The position numbers were made by a program, and so were the translations under genes. Of a stretch of 64,000 nucleotides of DNA, positions 28,200 to 42,129 are shown piece by piece. Positions within the stretch are counted from its first letter, which is position 1; each line of letters starts with the position of its first letter. Origin of the DNA: the human T2T-CHM13v2.0 reference genome, Homo sapiens. Below the pieces are notes generated by a model that did not search any database, was not told where the DNA came from, and worked only from the letters and a program-made list of their open reading frames with translations. The stretch spans positions 23,488,001 through 23,552,000 of the forward strand of contig CP068257.2 of the NCBI GenBank assembly GCA_009914755.4, read 5' to 3'.

Positions 28200-28310
28200 A
28201 AATATGCAAGACAGTTGAAAGAAAGAAATGAAAAATTAAAAGGCAGGAAGAAAAAAGAGAAGGAAGGGGAGGAGGGGAAGAGGGGTGGAGGGAGGGAGGG
28301 AAGGTTGTTA
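28200..28310. repeat. Purine-rich (GA/GGA) low-complexity tract
   Basis: gaaagaaagaaatgaaaaattaaaaggcaggaagaaaaaagagaaggaaggggaggaggggaagaggggtggagggagggagggaagg. Confidence 0.75.
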
Positions 28311-31300
28311 GCACCACACAAGCAAATAGAACACAGAAGACAGCACTATGCTTCCAAAGGCAAGAGAAAGCTATAACTTCCCCACTAACCTCCCAACCAC
28401 TTTAACCTCCCAGGCATAAGCAATTAGGTTTCAGGCCATCAGAGAATGATTAGTGGGTGAACCCAGGGCAGCAGTTATTGAGGTTAATTGAAGAGTAGAA
28501 AGCAGCAAGATTGGGACACTGATTGGTGGTTTTGGTGGGAGTGGTGGAGACTCAGGCCTTGCCAATGGGCAATGCCCCAGAAGGGAATCTCTGGGAGAAG
28601 AAGCCAGCCACTGCATATAGGCTAGAGGACAGAGGCCAGAGTCACTGAGTCACTGCTGGGATAGCTGGGCTCATTGAACAGGACCACCGGTAATGATGCC
28701 CACTTCTAAGGGACACGGGACACATGACCTGTCATTGCAGAAAATACCACTTAGCAGCAGTGTCAGGTGGCCAAAGAGGTGACAGCAAAGGTGACACTTA
28801 CTATGACTATAACTGAGCTTACATCAACTTTCCTATCAGTGTGAGTTCCTGGGTCCTGAGGTTTAAAACTTAAATAGAGTTGATTCCTAAAACCATCTCC
28901 AGTTCTAAATACACTATTTAATTTTGTGATTGGGCTAAAATGTTGTCACTGAAATTACTTTTACTGGAATAGTCCCTGGAATTATTTCAATGTACTCTTA
29001 CTAAAAATAAAATTTTTGACTTTGTATCTAACTAGCCGCATCCAAAGCGAGTTGATTTACCTTAAGTTAAACCATAGCCAAATTATACTTTAAGGGATTA
29101 GTTTATGTATTAAAGAGTTACATATATAAATACGTAGAATATTTAAGTCATTTGTATATAATTATGCTAATAAAAAGTTTAACTTCTATTAAGGGCCTGA
29201 GGAAAAAAATGTATTCAAAGATTTGGGACATTGGAGAAATAGAATGCTATATCCACTGTAGCCGTATGACCAAATTGTGACTTTATAGACACACTTGGAA
29301 TAGAAAAGAACCCTTCAGGGCATCTGATTTGAAATTTCTTCTCTAGCATCTAACACTCCTGCTGATGCAGGAATTATTACATCCCATGGTCTTGCCTCTC
29401 CAGAGGCAGTCAGAAGCATTTTTAAGCAGCTCGATTAGAAAAATCTTCCTTATGTTAATCTGAAATAATTCTCCTAGACATTTTTTCACTTTCTTTATTC
29501 TAGTCTAAAACTGTAAGTCCACAAGGAATAAATTAAATGCCTCTTGCACAGGAAAGCTCTTGGTTTGTTCAGGAGGAGCCCTCAAACTTCCCTGTAGCCT
29601 TCCCTTCTATAGACCCAACAGCATAATTCTTTCAAGGAAGCATCATCTGTCATGCTTTCAACTCCCTTTATAATTCTAATCCCCTAACCTCTGAATGTCT
29701 TCCAGTTTGTCAATATCTCTCTTAAAGCCTGATGCTAAGCAAAATGTTCCAGCTAAGATAAAACAAAATGAATGGAAAACAGAACCATCCCTTCCATTAT
29801 TCTATACATTGATCAACGTAGCCAAGATCAAATTAACTGTTCTAGAAAGTGTCAATTACTATTACTCCTATCGGTGATGCGGCTCACTCTGTACATGTCA
29901 ATTAATCTTCAGTATAGTTTTTGAAAAGAAGAGAAATAGAGACTATATATGATGTCTCTTAATCCTCTATTAAAATACAAAAACGTTCACCATTCCATCT
30001 TAACAGGACTCCAGAAGTAATTTCTGCTATTTCTGGAGTGTTATTTCAGCAACTCACACTCAAGGGGTTGCCTTTACTCAATGCAAAAAAAGAGAAAAGC
30101 AACTCTAAGTCTACCAAGTGTGCAATACAAGCACCTGTTGCAGGGAAGGTAGTTGGCACTAAAGTTGGGCACTGAAGTACAGAGCATCTCACCTTTCTTT
30201 GTTGTCTCCTTAAAGCGACCCAGCAGATCAAGATTAGCACCTTCAAAAGTGACAAATCCCACACATAAAAAATATTTTTCTACAAACCGTCCAAAACCAA
30301 TTTTATGAGCCAGATATTCATGGAAAAATGGTGTTTGTTTTGCTATTCTGGCATCATTCCCCTTAGTCATTTGAAAACAAGAAAATAAACACATTTAAAA
30401 GATATTTTTTCATCAACAGGATTGAAAAAGAGCAGCACTGAATAGAACTTTAAAAACTGTGATTTTGATGAAGGATTATCTTAATTTCAAGTAAATTTCT
30501 GTATAATAATCAAGACAGACAGGTACATAAGGAAAAATGCCAGAAATAAATATAACTGCTAACATGCATTATCTTCTTATTCATCATTTGTGTGTGTGCC
30601 TAAAAATAAAAATATCATTAAAAATAAGCTAGTCACTTGATTTTTTGTGTGTGTTCTAATCAAAGTCCCCACAGTCATAGTACCTACCAGGTCTCTTACC
30701 TCTTGTCTATCATTTTAAGTCCTTCATCCCCAAATCATGTAATCAAGCTAGTATTCAGACAAACAACCACTTTCCTCCACAGGTCACTTAGCAATGAATG
30801 CATCCATTGCTCGACTAAGATTACTCTGAGCAAATATTTTAGAGTGTCTATTCCTAGAGAATTGTACTAGCAGCTACAACAAGAACAGACTCTTCTTCAT
30901 GGGCTAATAATGTAATACTTGTGACAAACTTTATTGCAGCTATTAATACAAGATCCATACTAGTTTCTGTTAATTATGTCTTTATTTACATGAACCAAAG
31001 AGTCAGCAATTTCAAATAAAAAAGTACCTTAGACATCATCTGACCCAATTCCCTCTCTGCCTAGGTAGGACACTAAAGCCCAGAGAGGCTTGTCAGGAAG
31101 CCATATAACCCCAAATTGTCTACTGAGTCATGTTTACTTTCAATAAGCAACCTACCACTTCTATAAGGTATAAGAAGTAGAATTAAATATACTATTTTGA
31201 ATAATGATTAAAGAGGCAAAGAACATTTCCTAAGCATTGAGACATTTTTCAATTGTGTCTTGTTTCTACCTGCGTAACCTTTATAGAATATTCTCCACTA

Positions 31301-31414
31301 GCCACCTTTACCTAAATGACTCTAACTTGTCTTTAGAACTCAGCTCAGAGGTCATTTCCTCAAAAAAGTCTTCTGTCACCCCCAGCATTAAATTAAATGT
31401 CTATGTTATACAGT

Positions 31415-31787
31415 GATATGGTTTGGCTGTATCCCAACCTAAATCGCATCTTGAATTGTATAATAATCCCCACATGTCATGGGAGGGCCCTGGTGGGAGG
31501 TAATTGAATCACGATGAGGGTTACCCTCATGCTGTTCTCATGATACTGAGTGAGTTCTCATGAGATCTGATGGTTTTATAAGGGGCTTCCCCTGCTGCTT
31601 TGCTCAGCACTTCCCCTTCCTGCTGCCATGAGAAGAAGAACATGTTTGCTTCCCTTTCCACCATGATTGTAAGTATCCCGAGGCCTCCCCAGACGTGTAG
31701 AACTGTGAGGCAATTAAACCTCCTTTCTTTATAAATTACCTAGTCTCAGGTATGTCTTTATTAGCAGCATGAGAACAGACTAATACA
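31415..31787 (+). mobile_element. Solo ERVL-MaLR LTR (THE1/MST-like)
   Basis: tgatatggtttggctgtatcccaacctaaatcgcatcttgaattgtataataatccccacatgtcatgggagggccctggtgggaggtaattgaatcacgatgagggttaccctcatgctgttctcatgatactgagtgagttctcatgagatctgatggttttataaggggcttcccctgctgc...ccgaggcctccccagacgtgtagaactgtgaggcaattaaacctcctttctttataaattacctagtctcaggtatgtctttattagcagcatgagaacagactaataca. Confidence 0.85.
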
Positions 31788-33660
31788 TATAATTTTCTTG
31801 TCCCACCTTTACTCATAGCATTTGTCACATTTATAATTGTACATTCATCTGTGGTTGTGTGATTAACATCTGTCACCCCTACTAGACTCAAAATTCAGTG
31901 AATCAGAAATAGCATCTCTGAATTTGCCCATTATTGCACATGAGCTCTTAGACCATGGTTCCAGCACCCAGTAGGTACCCAGTATATACTATTGCATATC
32001 TAGTCAACCTCCCAAGCAGACTTGTGTAACTTTGGAATAAATCACAAAGTTTAGAAGACTACCAGAGACACTGCTTATTTCTGAGCCCCAGTTTGAAAAT
32101 GTTTGAAAGTTTTCTTTTGAATTCTAAGAAAAAAAAAAGCTGAAAAATGTCCATAGTAATTAAATAGGGAAATTTCTTTCCACAGTGACCTCTAAATTAA
32201 CTTCTTGTATCTTTAACCTGTTCTGTTTTTGCAATAACTTCCATACTGTCTCTGATTTTCAAAAGACCTAGAGATCATGGAGAAGACTCAGAGAAATTCC
32301 AAATGCATCTCAAAGAAAGAAAGAAAGAAAACAGAAAACCCAATAATTATAAGATTATGTTACTTTCTCATTCACACTTCATTTGCAATTCATCTTGACA
32401 CCAACTATTTAAAAAATGGGTGAGTTCATCAGTATCCAATCACAGTTCTGAGGGGGAGAACATTTGTTGATTTTTTTCTTTATTTAGTTAAAAAATAATC
32501 CATAACATAAGGTTTTGTGGTTATGTCTAAACCCAGCAGTGACTTTATCGTCTTTTTTCTTGCTTTCACTCCTTTGAGTCCTGGTTCAGTTTTGCTCCAT
32601 ATTTTCATAAGTTTCATTTCTGAGTCCCAACCTTTCTCTTTTTCTCCCCTGGGATTTCCTTATGAAAAATGTCTTCAGGCTTTTTATTTTTCTATAAGTA
32701 TTTGGAAAACATTTATTGAGGACCTACAACTTTATGTTTGGTATTTTTTATATTGATGACATTCCAAAGCTTATTGGGTTTATTCTATAATTTACTCATT
32801 TTCTTATTTCCTCTGGTATTTTCCAGTGCTACTTAAACATTTTTTAACCAATAAAGCTATTTTTTGTAATTTATAAGACAAAAGCTCAAGTAACTGAATT
32901 CACAAAAGCTATCAGAGGGTTATATTATATGCACATTAATCCTGTTTAAAATGATCAGCTTCCTTGCTATACACAAATTTCCAAATAGTGGCATCTAGGT
33001 CATCTTTGCACCTGTTCTTTCATCACAGATACACCCTCATTAAAGGGACTTCTTATTGCTTTCCTTATCACCATTTCCTGGTCATGGCCATATGTCAAAG
33101 CAAATGTTGACCTTGTTGTGTCACCAAATGAAAATTCTAGAAGTCAGGCCTTTAGATGTGAAATTTGTTAAAATCTCTCTCTTAATTTACCACTTGCTTC
33201 TTTTCCTTCATAACTTATGCTTTCTTTCTTTTATTAGAGAAGAAAGTTTTCTGACCCTGAGCATTTTTCCAGTTGTCACAAAAATGAGCCTAGCTCATAA
33301 AATTTGTCTTTTCCAAGTTCATTTTCCTTTTGAACATTTATAGCTATGATTCTCTTATTTCATCTTTTTCAAAGTCATTATAGATTATACTCTATTCATT
33401 TCATGTTTGTACTAAGTTGAATTTAATAAACCAATGTGCTAATTCCTCTTTTTCAAAATCCGAATAATGACTGTAATTTCCTTTTCAAATATTTGAAAAT
33501 GCTATTTCAGTCTTCTGTTTGTAATGCTTCCTTTTTTATTGCTTCTCTCTGGACAGTACTTTAAAATTATACTCTATAAAATAAGATATTCATAATTAAT
33601 ACTTTCCACATGCTGACATATATTTACCCCAAACTGTAATCCCAGACTTTCAAATATGAA

Positions 33661-34196
33661 TTTTTAAACTTTAATTTTAATTTCAAGTGCAGGTTTGTTA
33701 CATAGTTAAACTTGTGTTATGGGGGTTTGTTGTACAGATTATTTCATCACCCGGGTATAAAGCCTAGTACACTTTTGTTATTTTACCTGATCCTCTCCCT
33801 TCTCTCACCCTCCATTCTCCAAAAGGCCCCAGTATGTATTGTTCCCCTCTACGTGTTCATTTGTTCTCATCAGTTAGCTCCCACTTATAAGGGAGAACAC
33901 GTAGCATTTGGTTTTCAGTTCCTGTATTAGTTTGCTAAGTATAATATGGCCAAAGGAATATGAATCATTCTATTATAAAGACACATGCACAAGCATGTGT
34001 ATATTTATTGCAGCACTATTCACAATAGCAAAGACATGGAATCAACCTAAATATCTATCAATGATAGACTGGATAAAGAAAATGTACATATACACCATAG
34101 AATACTATGCAACTATAAAAAAAATATGAGATCATGTCCTTTGCAGGAACATGGTTGGAGCTGGAGGCCATTCTCCTTAGCAAATATGAATTTTTT
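33661..34196 (-). mobile_element. L1 3'-end insertion (~535 bp) with 5' inversion: direct segment 33661-33960 (antisense on +), inverted segment 33961-34196 (sense on +)
   Basis: 33661-33960 is antisense L1 3'UTR plus the ORF2 end (tttttaaactttaa...gcaggtttgttacatag...ccccagtatgtattgttcccctctacgtgttcatttgttctcatcagttagctcccacttataagggagaacacgtagcatttggttttcagttcctgtattagtttgctaagtataatatggcc). 33961-34196 is sense L1 (...tataaagacacatgcacaagcatgtgtatatttattgcagcactattcacaatagcaaagacatggaatcaacctaaatatctatcaatgatagactggataaagaaaatgtacatatacaccatagaatactatgcaactataaaaaa..gagatcatgtcctttgcaggaacatggttggagctggaggccattctccttagcaaa), matching the ORF2p tail KDTCT.MFIAALFTIAKTWNQPK...MIDWIKKMWHIYTMEYYAAIK.DE.MSF..TWM.LE.IIL. 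Flanking direct repeat caaatatgaa at 33651-33660 and 34197-34206. Confidence 0.85.
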
Positions 34197-34614
34197 ATGC
34201 CTCTCATGCTGTTATCAGGACAACTGTGGTTGGCAGACAAAATGAACACCAAGGTGTATTTATAAAACTATTATTAAACTTATATAAATAGATCTCATAA
34301 ATGACGTCCGTATCTTTCACATGAATTATACTCAACATCTAATACCTACTTGTAGAACCTGAATGACTAAAAGCAAAGCCTGTGGGGTTAGCAGATGTAG
34401 ATCTGACTCTTGAGGTATACAATTCTAAATCATATAAAGCCTTGAAATTTAATATAGAAAGAAAAACTCTCACTTGATGTCATTCATATAGATTTTTTCC
34501 TAAATTTCTTTTTAAGGCTAGATGATTTGGAATAACTGATAACTTTCCTTTGCCACATTTATTCCTACCAGATTGAGTTGAACACCTGCCTTAAGGGCTT
34601 AGCTTCCTGTTTTC

Positions 34615-35486
<872 letters not shown>

Positions 35487-35573
35487 GAAAGACAAAGAAA
35501 TTTCCAGGGGAAAAAAGAGAGATGAGCATGAAAAAGTTTATTTTAAAAATTATTATTCTAATGTGTATTAGTC

Positions 35574-35916
35574 CGTTTTCACGGTGCTGATAAAGACATA
35601 CCCAAGACTGGGCAATTTACAAAAGAAAGAGGTTTAATTGGACTTATAGTTCCACATGTCTGGGGAAGCCTCACAATCATGGCAGAAGGCAAGGAGGTGC
35701 AAGTCACGTCTTACATGGATGGCATCAGGCAAAGAGAGAACTTGTGCAGGGGACCTCCTTTTTTAAAACCATCAGATCTCATGAGACTTATTCACTATCA
35801 TGAGAACAGCATGAGAAAGACTTGCCCCATGATTCAATTACTTCTCACTGGCTCCCTACCACAACACATTGGAATTCAAGATGAGATTTGGGTGGGGACA
35901 CAGGCAAACCAAATCA
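35574..35916 (-). mobile_element. Solo THE1-type MaLR LTR (antisense)
   Basis: tgtattagtccgttttcacggtgctgataaagacatacccaagactgggcaatttacaaaagaaagaggtttaattggacttatagttccacatgtctggggaagcctcacaatcatggcagaaggcaaggaggtgcaagtcacgtcttacatgg...aaaaccatcagatctcatgagacttattcactatcatgagaacagcatgagaaagacttgccccatgattcaattacttctcactggctccctaccacaacacattggaattcaagatgagatttgggtggggacacaggcaaaccaaatca. This is close to the reverse complement of the THE1 LTR consensus. Confidence 0.88.
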
Positions 35917-36537
35917 CAATGTTTTGCAGAAATCTAGGAAATTTAAGATTTTTCCTCTAATGTTAGATCTGAAGATTTTTCAGTTTAAGGATAAGGTCAT
36001 GAGACAATGTAGTTCTAGAGTTCTCCCCAGACAGAGAGCAAAGGTTATGAACTAATGAATGCCTCTTGTTTTGATAAAATCTCTTCAACCTCACTTCTCT
36101 TGTCAAACAGTGAACTCGGGTATTGTATTAAGACAAAGATGAAAATGTGAAATTGAGACATCACCGTAAATTGTGTGCTTAGAAAGCCTATGAAAGCTTC
36201 ATTCATTGAGTGCAACTTGGACTAGAATGTTGCTTGACGTCCATAGCATGGGGCAACACCCTGTAGCCAATGAAATCTAAATATGATGTCAAATTGTCTC
36301 TGCTCTCTCCATTTTTTAGTTATATCAGGATTTCAAAAAGGTTATCAGTTCCAAGAGGAAATTTATAATAATCTTAAAAGTAATATCTTAAAATAATATT
36401 TTAAGTAATTTACTTAAAAGTAAAGTGAGATATTATTTAACATTATTTAATTCTTGAGATACTTTTTAAGAGATATTATTTATTTAATTCTTAAAGTAAC
36501 TCTAAGAATTAAATATGAAAATGCTAAAACAAGTGGT

Positions 36538-38710
36538 GATATGATTTGGCTTTGTGTTCCTACCCAAATCTCATCTTGTAACTCTCATAATTCTCATAAT
36601 TCCCACATGTTGTGGGAGGGACCCAGTGGAAGATAATTAAATAATGGAAGCAGTTCTTTTCCCTGTGTTGTTCTCATAAGAGTGAATAAGTCTCACTAGG
36701 TTTAATGTTTTTAAAAACAGGAGTTTCCTTGTACAAACTCTCTTATCTGCTGCCATGTGAGACATGCCCTTCACCTTCTGCCATGATTGTAAGGCCTCCC
36801 CAGCCACATGGAACTGTTGAGTCCATTAAACCTCTTTCTTTCGTAAATTGTCCAGTCTCAGGTATGTCTTTATCAGCAGTGTGAAAGCAGACTAATACAG
36901 TAAATTGGTACCAGGAGTGGGGTGTTGCTGAAAAGATACCTGAAAATGTGGAAGTGACTTTGGAACTGGGTAATAGCCAGAGGTTGGAACAGTTTGGAAG
37001 GCTCAGAAGAAGACAGGAAAATGTGGGAAAGTTTGGTACTCCCTAGAGACTTGTTGAATGGCTTTGACCAAAATGCTGATAATGATATAGACAATGAAAT
37101 CCAGGCTAAGGAGGTCTCAGATGGAGATGAGGAACTTGTCGGGAACCAGAGCAAAGGTGACTTTTGTTATGTTTTAGCAAAGAGACTGGCGACATTTTGC
37201 CCATGCCCTAGAGATTTGTGGAACTTTGAACTTGAGAGAGATGATTTAAGCTATCTGGTAGAAGACATTTCTAAGCAGCAAAGCATTCAAGAGGTGACTT
37301 GGGTGCTGTTAAAAGCATTTGGTTTCAAAGAAAAACAGAGCACGAAAGTTTAGAAAATTTGCAGCCTGACAATGCAATAGAAGGGAAAATTCCATTTTCT
37401 GAGAGAAATTCAAGCTGGCTGCAGAAATTTGCATAAGTAACAAGGAGCTATATGTTAAATTTCATAGGCTGGGCCCAGGGTCCCCTTGCTGTGTGTAGCC
37501 TAGGGACTTGGTCCGCTGTGTCCCAGCCACTCCACCCATGGCTAAAAGGACCCAGTGTAGAGCTCAGGCCATGGCTTTGAAGGGTACAAGCCCCAAGCCT
37601 TGGCAGCTTCCACATGATGTTGAGCCTGCAAGTGCACAGAAGTCAATGATTCAGGTTTGGGAACCTCTGCTTAGATTTCAGAGGATGTATGGAAATGCCT
37701 GGATGTCCAGGCAGAAGTTTGCTGTGGGGCAGGGCCCTCATGGAGAAACTATGCTAGGGCGGTGTGGAAGGGAAATGTGGGGTCAGAGCCCCTACACAGA
37801 GTTCCTACTGGGGCACTGCCTAGTGGAGCTCTGAAAAGAGGACCACCATCCTCTAAACCCCAGAATGGTAGATCCATGGATAGCTTGCACTGTACACCTG
37901 GAAAAGTGGCAGACACTCAATGCCAGCCCATCAAAGCTTCTGAGAGGGAGGCTATACCCTGCAAAGCCACAGGGCCAGAGCTTCCCAAGACCATGGAGCC
38001 CACCTCTTGCATCAGCATGACCTAGATGTGAGACATGGAGTCAAAGAAGATCATTTTGGAGCTTTAAGATTTGATGGCCCTGCTGGATTTTTGATTTGCT
38101 TTGGGCCTGTAGCCCCTTTGTTTTGGCCAATTTATCCCATGTAGAATGGCTGTATTTACCCAGCGCTTGTACACCCATTGTATCTAGGAAGTAATTAACT
38201 TGCTTTTGATTTTACAGACTCATAGGTGGAAGGAATGAGACTTTGGACTGTGAACTTTTGAGTTAATGCTGAAATGAATTAAATCTTTGGGGATTGTTAG
38301 GAAGGCATGATTGGTTTTGAAATGTGAGGACATGAAATTTGGGAGATGCCAGGGTGGAAAGATATGGTTTGGCTCTGTGTCCCCACCCAAATCTCATCTT
38401 GTAACTCCCATAATTCCCACGTGTTGTGGGAGGGACCTGGTGAGAGATAACTGAATCATGGGGGCGGGTCTTTCTTGTGCTGTTCTCATGATAGTAAGTC
38501 TCACGAGATCTGATGGTTTTAAAAACTGGAGTTTCCTTTTACAAACTCTCTTCTCTTGTCTGCTGGCATGGAAGACATGTCTTTCAGCTTCCATCATGAT
38601 TGTGAGGCCTCCCCAGCCACATGGAGCTGTAAGTCCTTTAAACCTCTTCCTTTTATAAATTGCCTAGTCTCAGATATGTCTTTATCAGCAGCATGAAATA
38701 AACTAATACA
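36538..38710 (+). mobile_element. Full-length non-autonomous ERVL-MaLR element (THE1/MST-type): 5' LTR 36538-36900, internal region 36901-38359, 3' LTR 38360-38710
   Basis: 5' LTR tgatatgatttggctttgtgttcctacccaaatctcatcttgtaactctcataattc...ggtatgtctttatcagcagtgtgaaagcagactaatacag. 3' LTR agatatggtttggctctgtgtccccacccaaatctcatcttgtaactcccataattcccacgtgttgtgggagggacctggtgagagataactgaatcatgggggcgg...agatatgtctttatcagcagcatgaaataaactaatacag. The internal region is homologous to 23546-25337 and carries only short ORFs. The two LTRs are only ~80-85% identical. The 5' LTR carries a 9-bp tandem duplication (ctcataatt x2). Possible 5-bp TSD agtgg/gatgg. Confidence 0.88.
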
Positions 38711-39991
38711 GATGGTTATTATTGTTATTGTTATCCATTTCTTTTTTTAAGTCTAAGGTATCACTTTTTTGTCAGGTTTCAACTAGAGAAACAGAACCAG
38801 CAGGAAGTATATATTAAGAAATTTATTGCAAGGAATTGTCTTTCTTGATTTGGGAGTCTGGTTAGGCAGATTCAAAATCCATAGGGATGGCTGTCAGAAA
38901 GTGGAGGCTGAAACTTTCGTGCAGGAGTTGAAGCTATAAATCCACAAACAGAATTCCTTTTGGTCCTGAAAAACCTCAGTTCTGCTCTTAAGGCCCTTAA
39001 ACTGCTTGAATTGGGTTTACCCAGGTTATCTAAAATAATCACTTCAAATCAACTGATTATAAATATTACTCACATCTATAAAATACCTTCACAGCACCAC
39101 CTACACTAGTGTTTGCATGAATGACTGGTAATGCATCCTTCCCAAGGTTACACATAAAACTGACCATCATAATAAGATATCCATTGTTAATGGCCTTAAT
39201 AGTAAGATATTAAAAAGCAACCACAAAATAACTGTGACAAATAAAAATAAATATTTATTTTTTGCTACCAAATCTACAAGTTTGCTGGGTGACTTTCTTG
39301 GCTCACTTGATGTTGGCTGACCTTGCCCATGATTCTGCACACAACAGACAGGTTGTAGCATGCTGCTGTAGTTTGGCCTTAGTTGGAGTGACTCAGTTCT
39401 CCTTCATATATTCTCTCATCCTTCAGTAGGCTAACTCAGGACTTGTCCTTATGGTGGTGGCAGGGATTCAACGAGAGAGCAGGAGTGCACACAGCTATTA
39501 GAGTCTTAGGTTTAATCACTTCTACCACATTCCATGGGCCAAAGAAAATCACTAAGATAGCCAAAATTCAAGACATGGGGAAGTAAATATTATCTCCCAA
39601 TGGAAGGAGCTACAAAGTCATGTTTTATATGGCATGGATATAGAAGAACTAGAAAATTGAGACCATTTTTTACAATAAATCTACCAAATCTAACATATAA
39701 AAAAATAAAAACATATAATGATTTATGGGTCATCTAATATGTTGTTTTAATAAAAATTTGATATCCTGCTCATACGAATGGGAAAAAGTTTTTTCTGCTA
39801 ATACAAAGTGGACTTAGACCGTCATCTACATGTCACACCAGTTTGGAGTGCAGTAATGTATAATGTCAATTATTATCCAGCATGATTTAGAAGACAGAAT
39901 GTGAAAGCCAAGAAGGCAGATCGTAAAATCAACTTGTAGTTCAGGCTTTGTATAACAGATAGTTCAAATAGAAAAGAAGGTAAAGAATTGA

Positions 39992-40288
<297 letters not shown>

Positions 40289-41449
40289 AATTGAGTTCAC
40301 ACAAAAATGAGTTGAAATTATTAGGCATTAAGAAAAACTGACAGACGTTAATGAAATGGAAGAAGCCAAGGGACCAGAGATCAGAGTGTGGGTGAAATGT
40401 GTGTATTGAGGCCAGCCCTGCCTTAGCCTTTGTGAGGCCTAGAGCCAGAGTACACATGATGTTCCCCACACTAGATACCTACACGTTTAAAAATTATAAT
40501 GAAACCTAGCAAATTGTTATATAAAATATGTCTACTACTCATCTCTTGATTAACCTACCTTTATGACAATCCAGAAGGGCTGGAGGACCACACCGGAATG
40601 GACAGCACAGGAAGGGCCAGCCCCAGTTCTCAGCCTGCCATCTTGTCTCCCGGCCTGACTTCATCTCATACCAACACATCTGGTCCATCCTGTGACTCAG
40701 CATGCAGTCTGAGAAGGAAGTACAGAGGCTCCAAGTGGGCTTTTGCATTTGGCCCCATGAAAGCCTCAGCCCATCAGAAGGCTTGTAGCCAGAGGAGAAG
40801 CAGAGAAGGGCTTTTTATAAAGGTAAACTTTTTGCCTAGGACTAAGAGGTAGTATTGTAGTAACAAGGATTTGAAGAACAGAAATCTGTGGAATTTAAAA
40901 TCTAATCTCCAAATAATCAAAGCGAACCATAAAATATATGTTCAATGTACTTGGTTGCTGAAGTAAAAATAAGATAATATTAAGATTGAGGCAAATCAAG
41001 ATACTGGATAAAGCAGGCCCACAGGTGAACAAACTTAGGGATACTGAAGGGCCCTGGTCAAGAGCCAAAGATAGAATAAGGGGGACCCTGACATATCAAG
41101 TGTCAAAGACTATGATGAATGAAAGAAACAGTGAGGTTCAAGAGAGGGCAGAATGAGTAGAAATGATGACATGAAAATCCTGTATCACCAAATGGCGGAC
41201 TTTAGCACAGGTGGATTTGGGAGAACATGGACGTGGAATCACTTGGAAGACACATGAAGAGCAAGAAAAAGACTGTTGATACCACCTCCTACTGTTATCA
41301 AGAGCACTTCACGTGAAAACAAGCATCCGTTATTTAAAGGCTGGGGAAGAACCAAGTTTCAGATTATAAAGAAGGTAAAGGAAGCAACGAGAGTGAAGCA
41401 ATAGGAAGGGGTAGGTTTCCAACGCTCTGTGGTAATGGAACCATGACCA

Positions 41450-41540
41450 CATTCCACACCGTTGCATCACCAGGGCCACACACAGTGCCCAGCACACTGT
41501 ATGTGCCTCATTAAAATAGCTGAATTTATGCATTACATTT
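41450..41540 (+). mobile_element. MIR SINE 3' fragment
   Basis: cacacagtgcccagcacactgtatgtgcctcattaaaatagctgaatttatgca resembles MIR ...acagtgcctggcacatagtaagcgctcaataaatg.... Confidence 0.35.
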
Positions 41541-42129
41541 GACAGAAGAAAATCTTTCTAACAGTGGTTCTTTCCAAGGAACACATAAAACATTATAAAG
41601 AATTGCGTAGACCTTCAGAAAGGGGATCACATAAAGCATTAGATGGCTTTTCAGTTCTGTTCCAAAACTGTGAGTCTACCATGCTGGTTAGGGTACCTGA
41701 GTTTCAGTGCCCCAATATTTATAACACAAATGTAAATTACACATGAAACACACACCCCTACAAACATTGCACAAGATTTTTTAAGTTATTATGTCCATAA
41801 TTTAAAGCTGAAAAGTCCAGCTATCTATAGGTTATAAATATCACAAATCTCCACTGTGATTTTAATATTTAGAGAAAAAAGTCAAAAAGAATGTGACCAT
41901 CTCCTAATGAATGCAATTACTAAAAATATCATCAATTAGAAATGATTTTCACATCAACAGAGCAGTCATAACAGTGTTTTTGAAACTACAGGTGGCAGGC
42001 TATTAGTTGTCATGAGCAGAATGTTTTAATGAAATAAAAAATGTAAAACACATTTCACATTGTACATAACGATTGCTTGATTAAACTCATCTTGGTCATG
42101 TATCATAGATATTGAAGTATTTTTAAATG

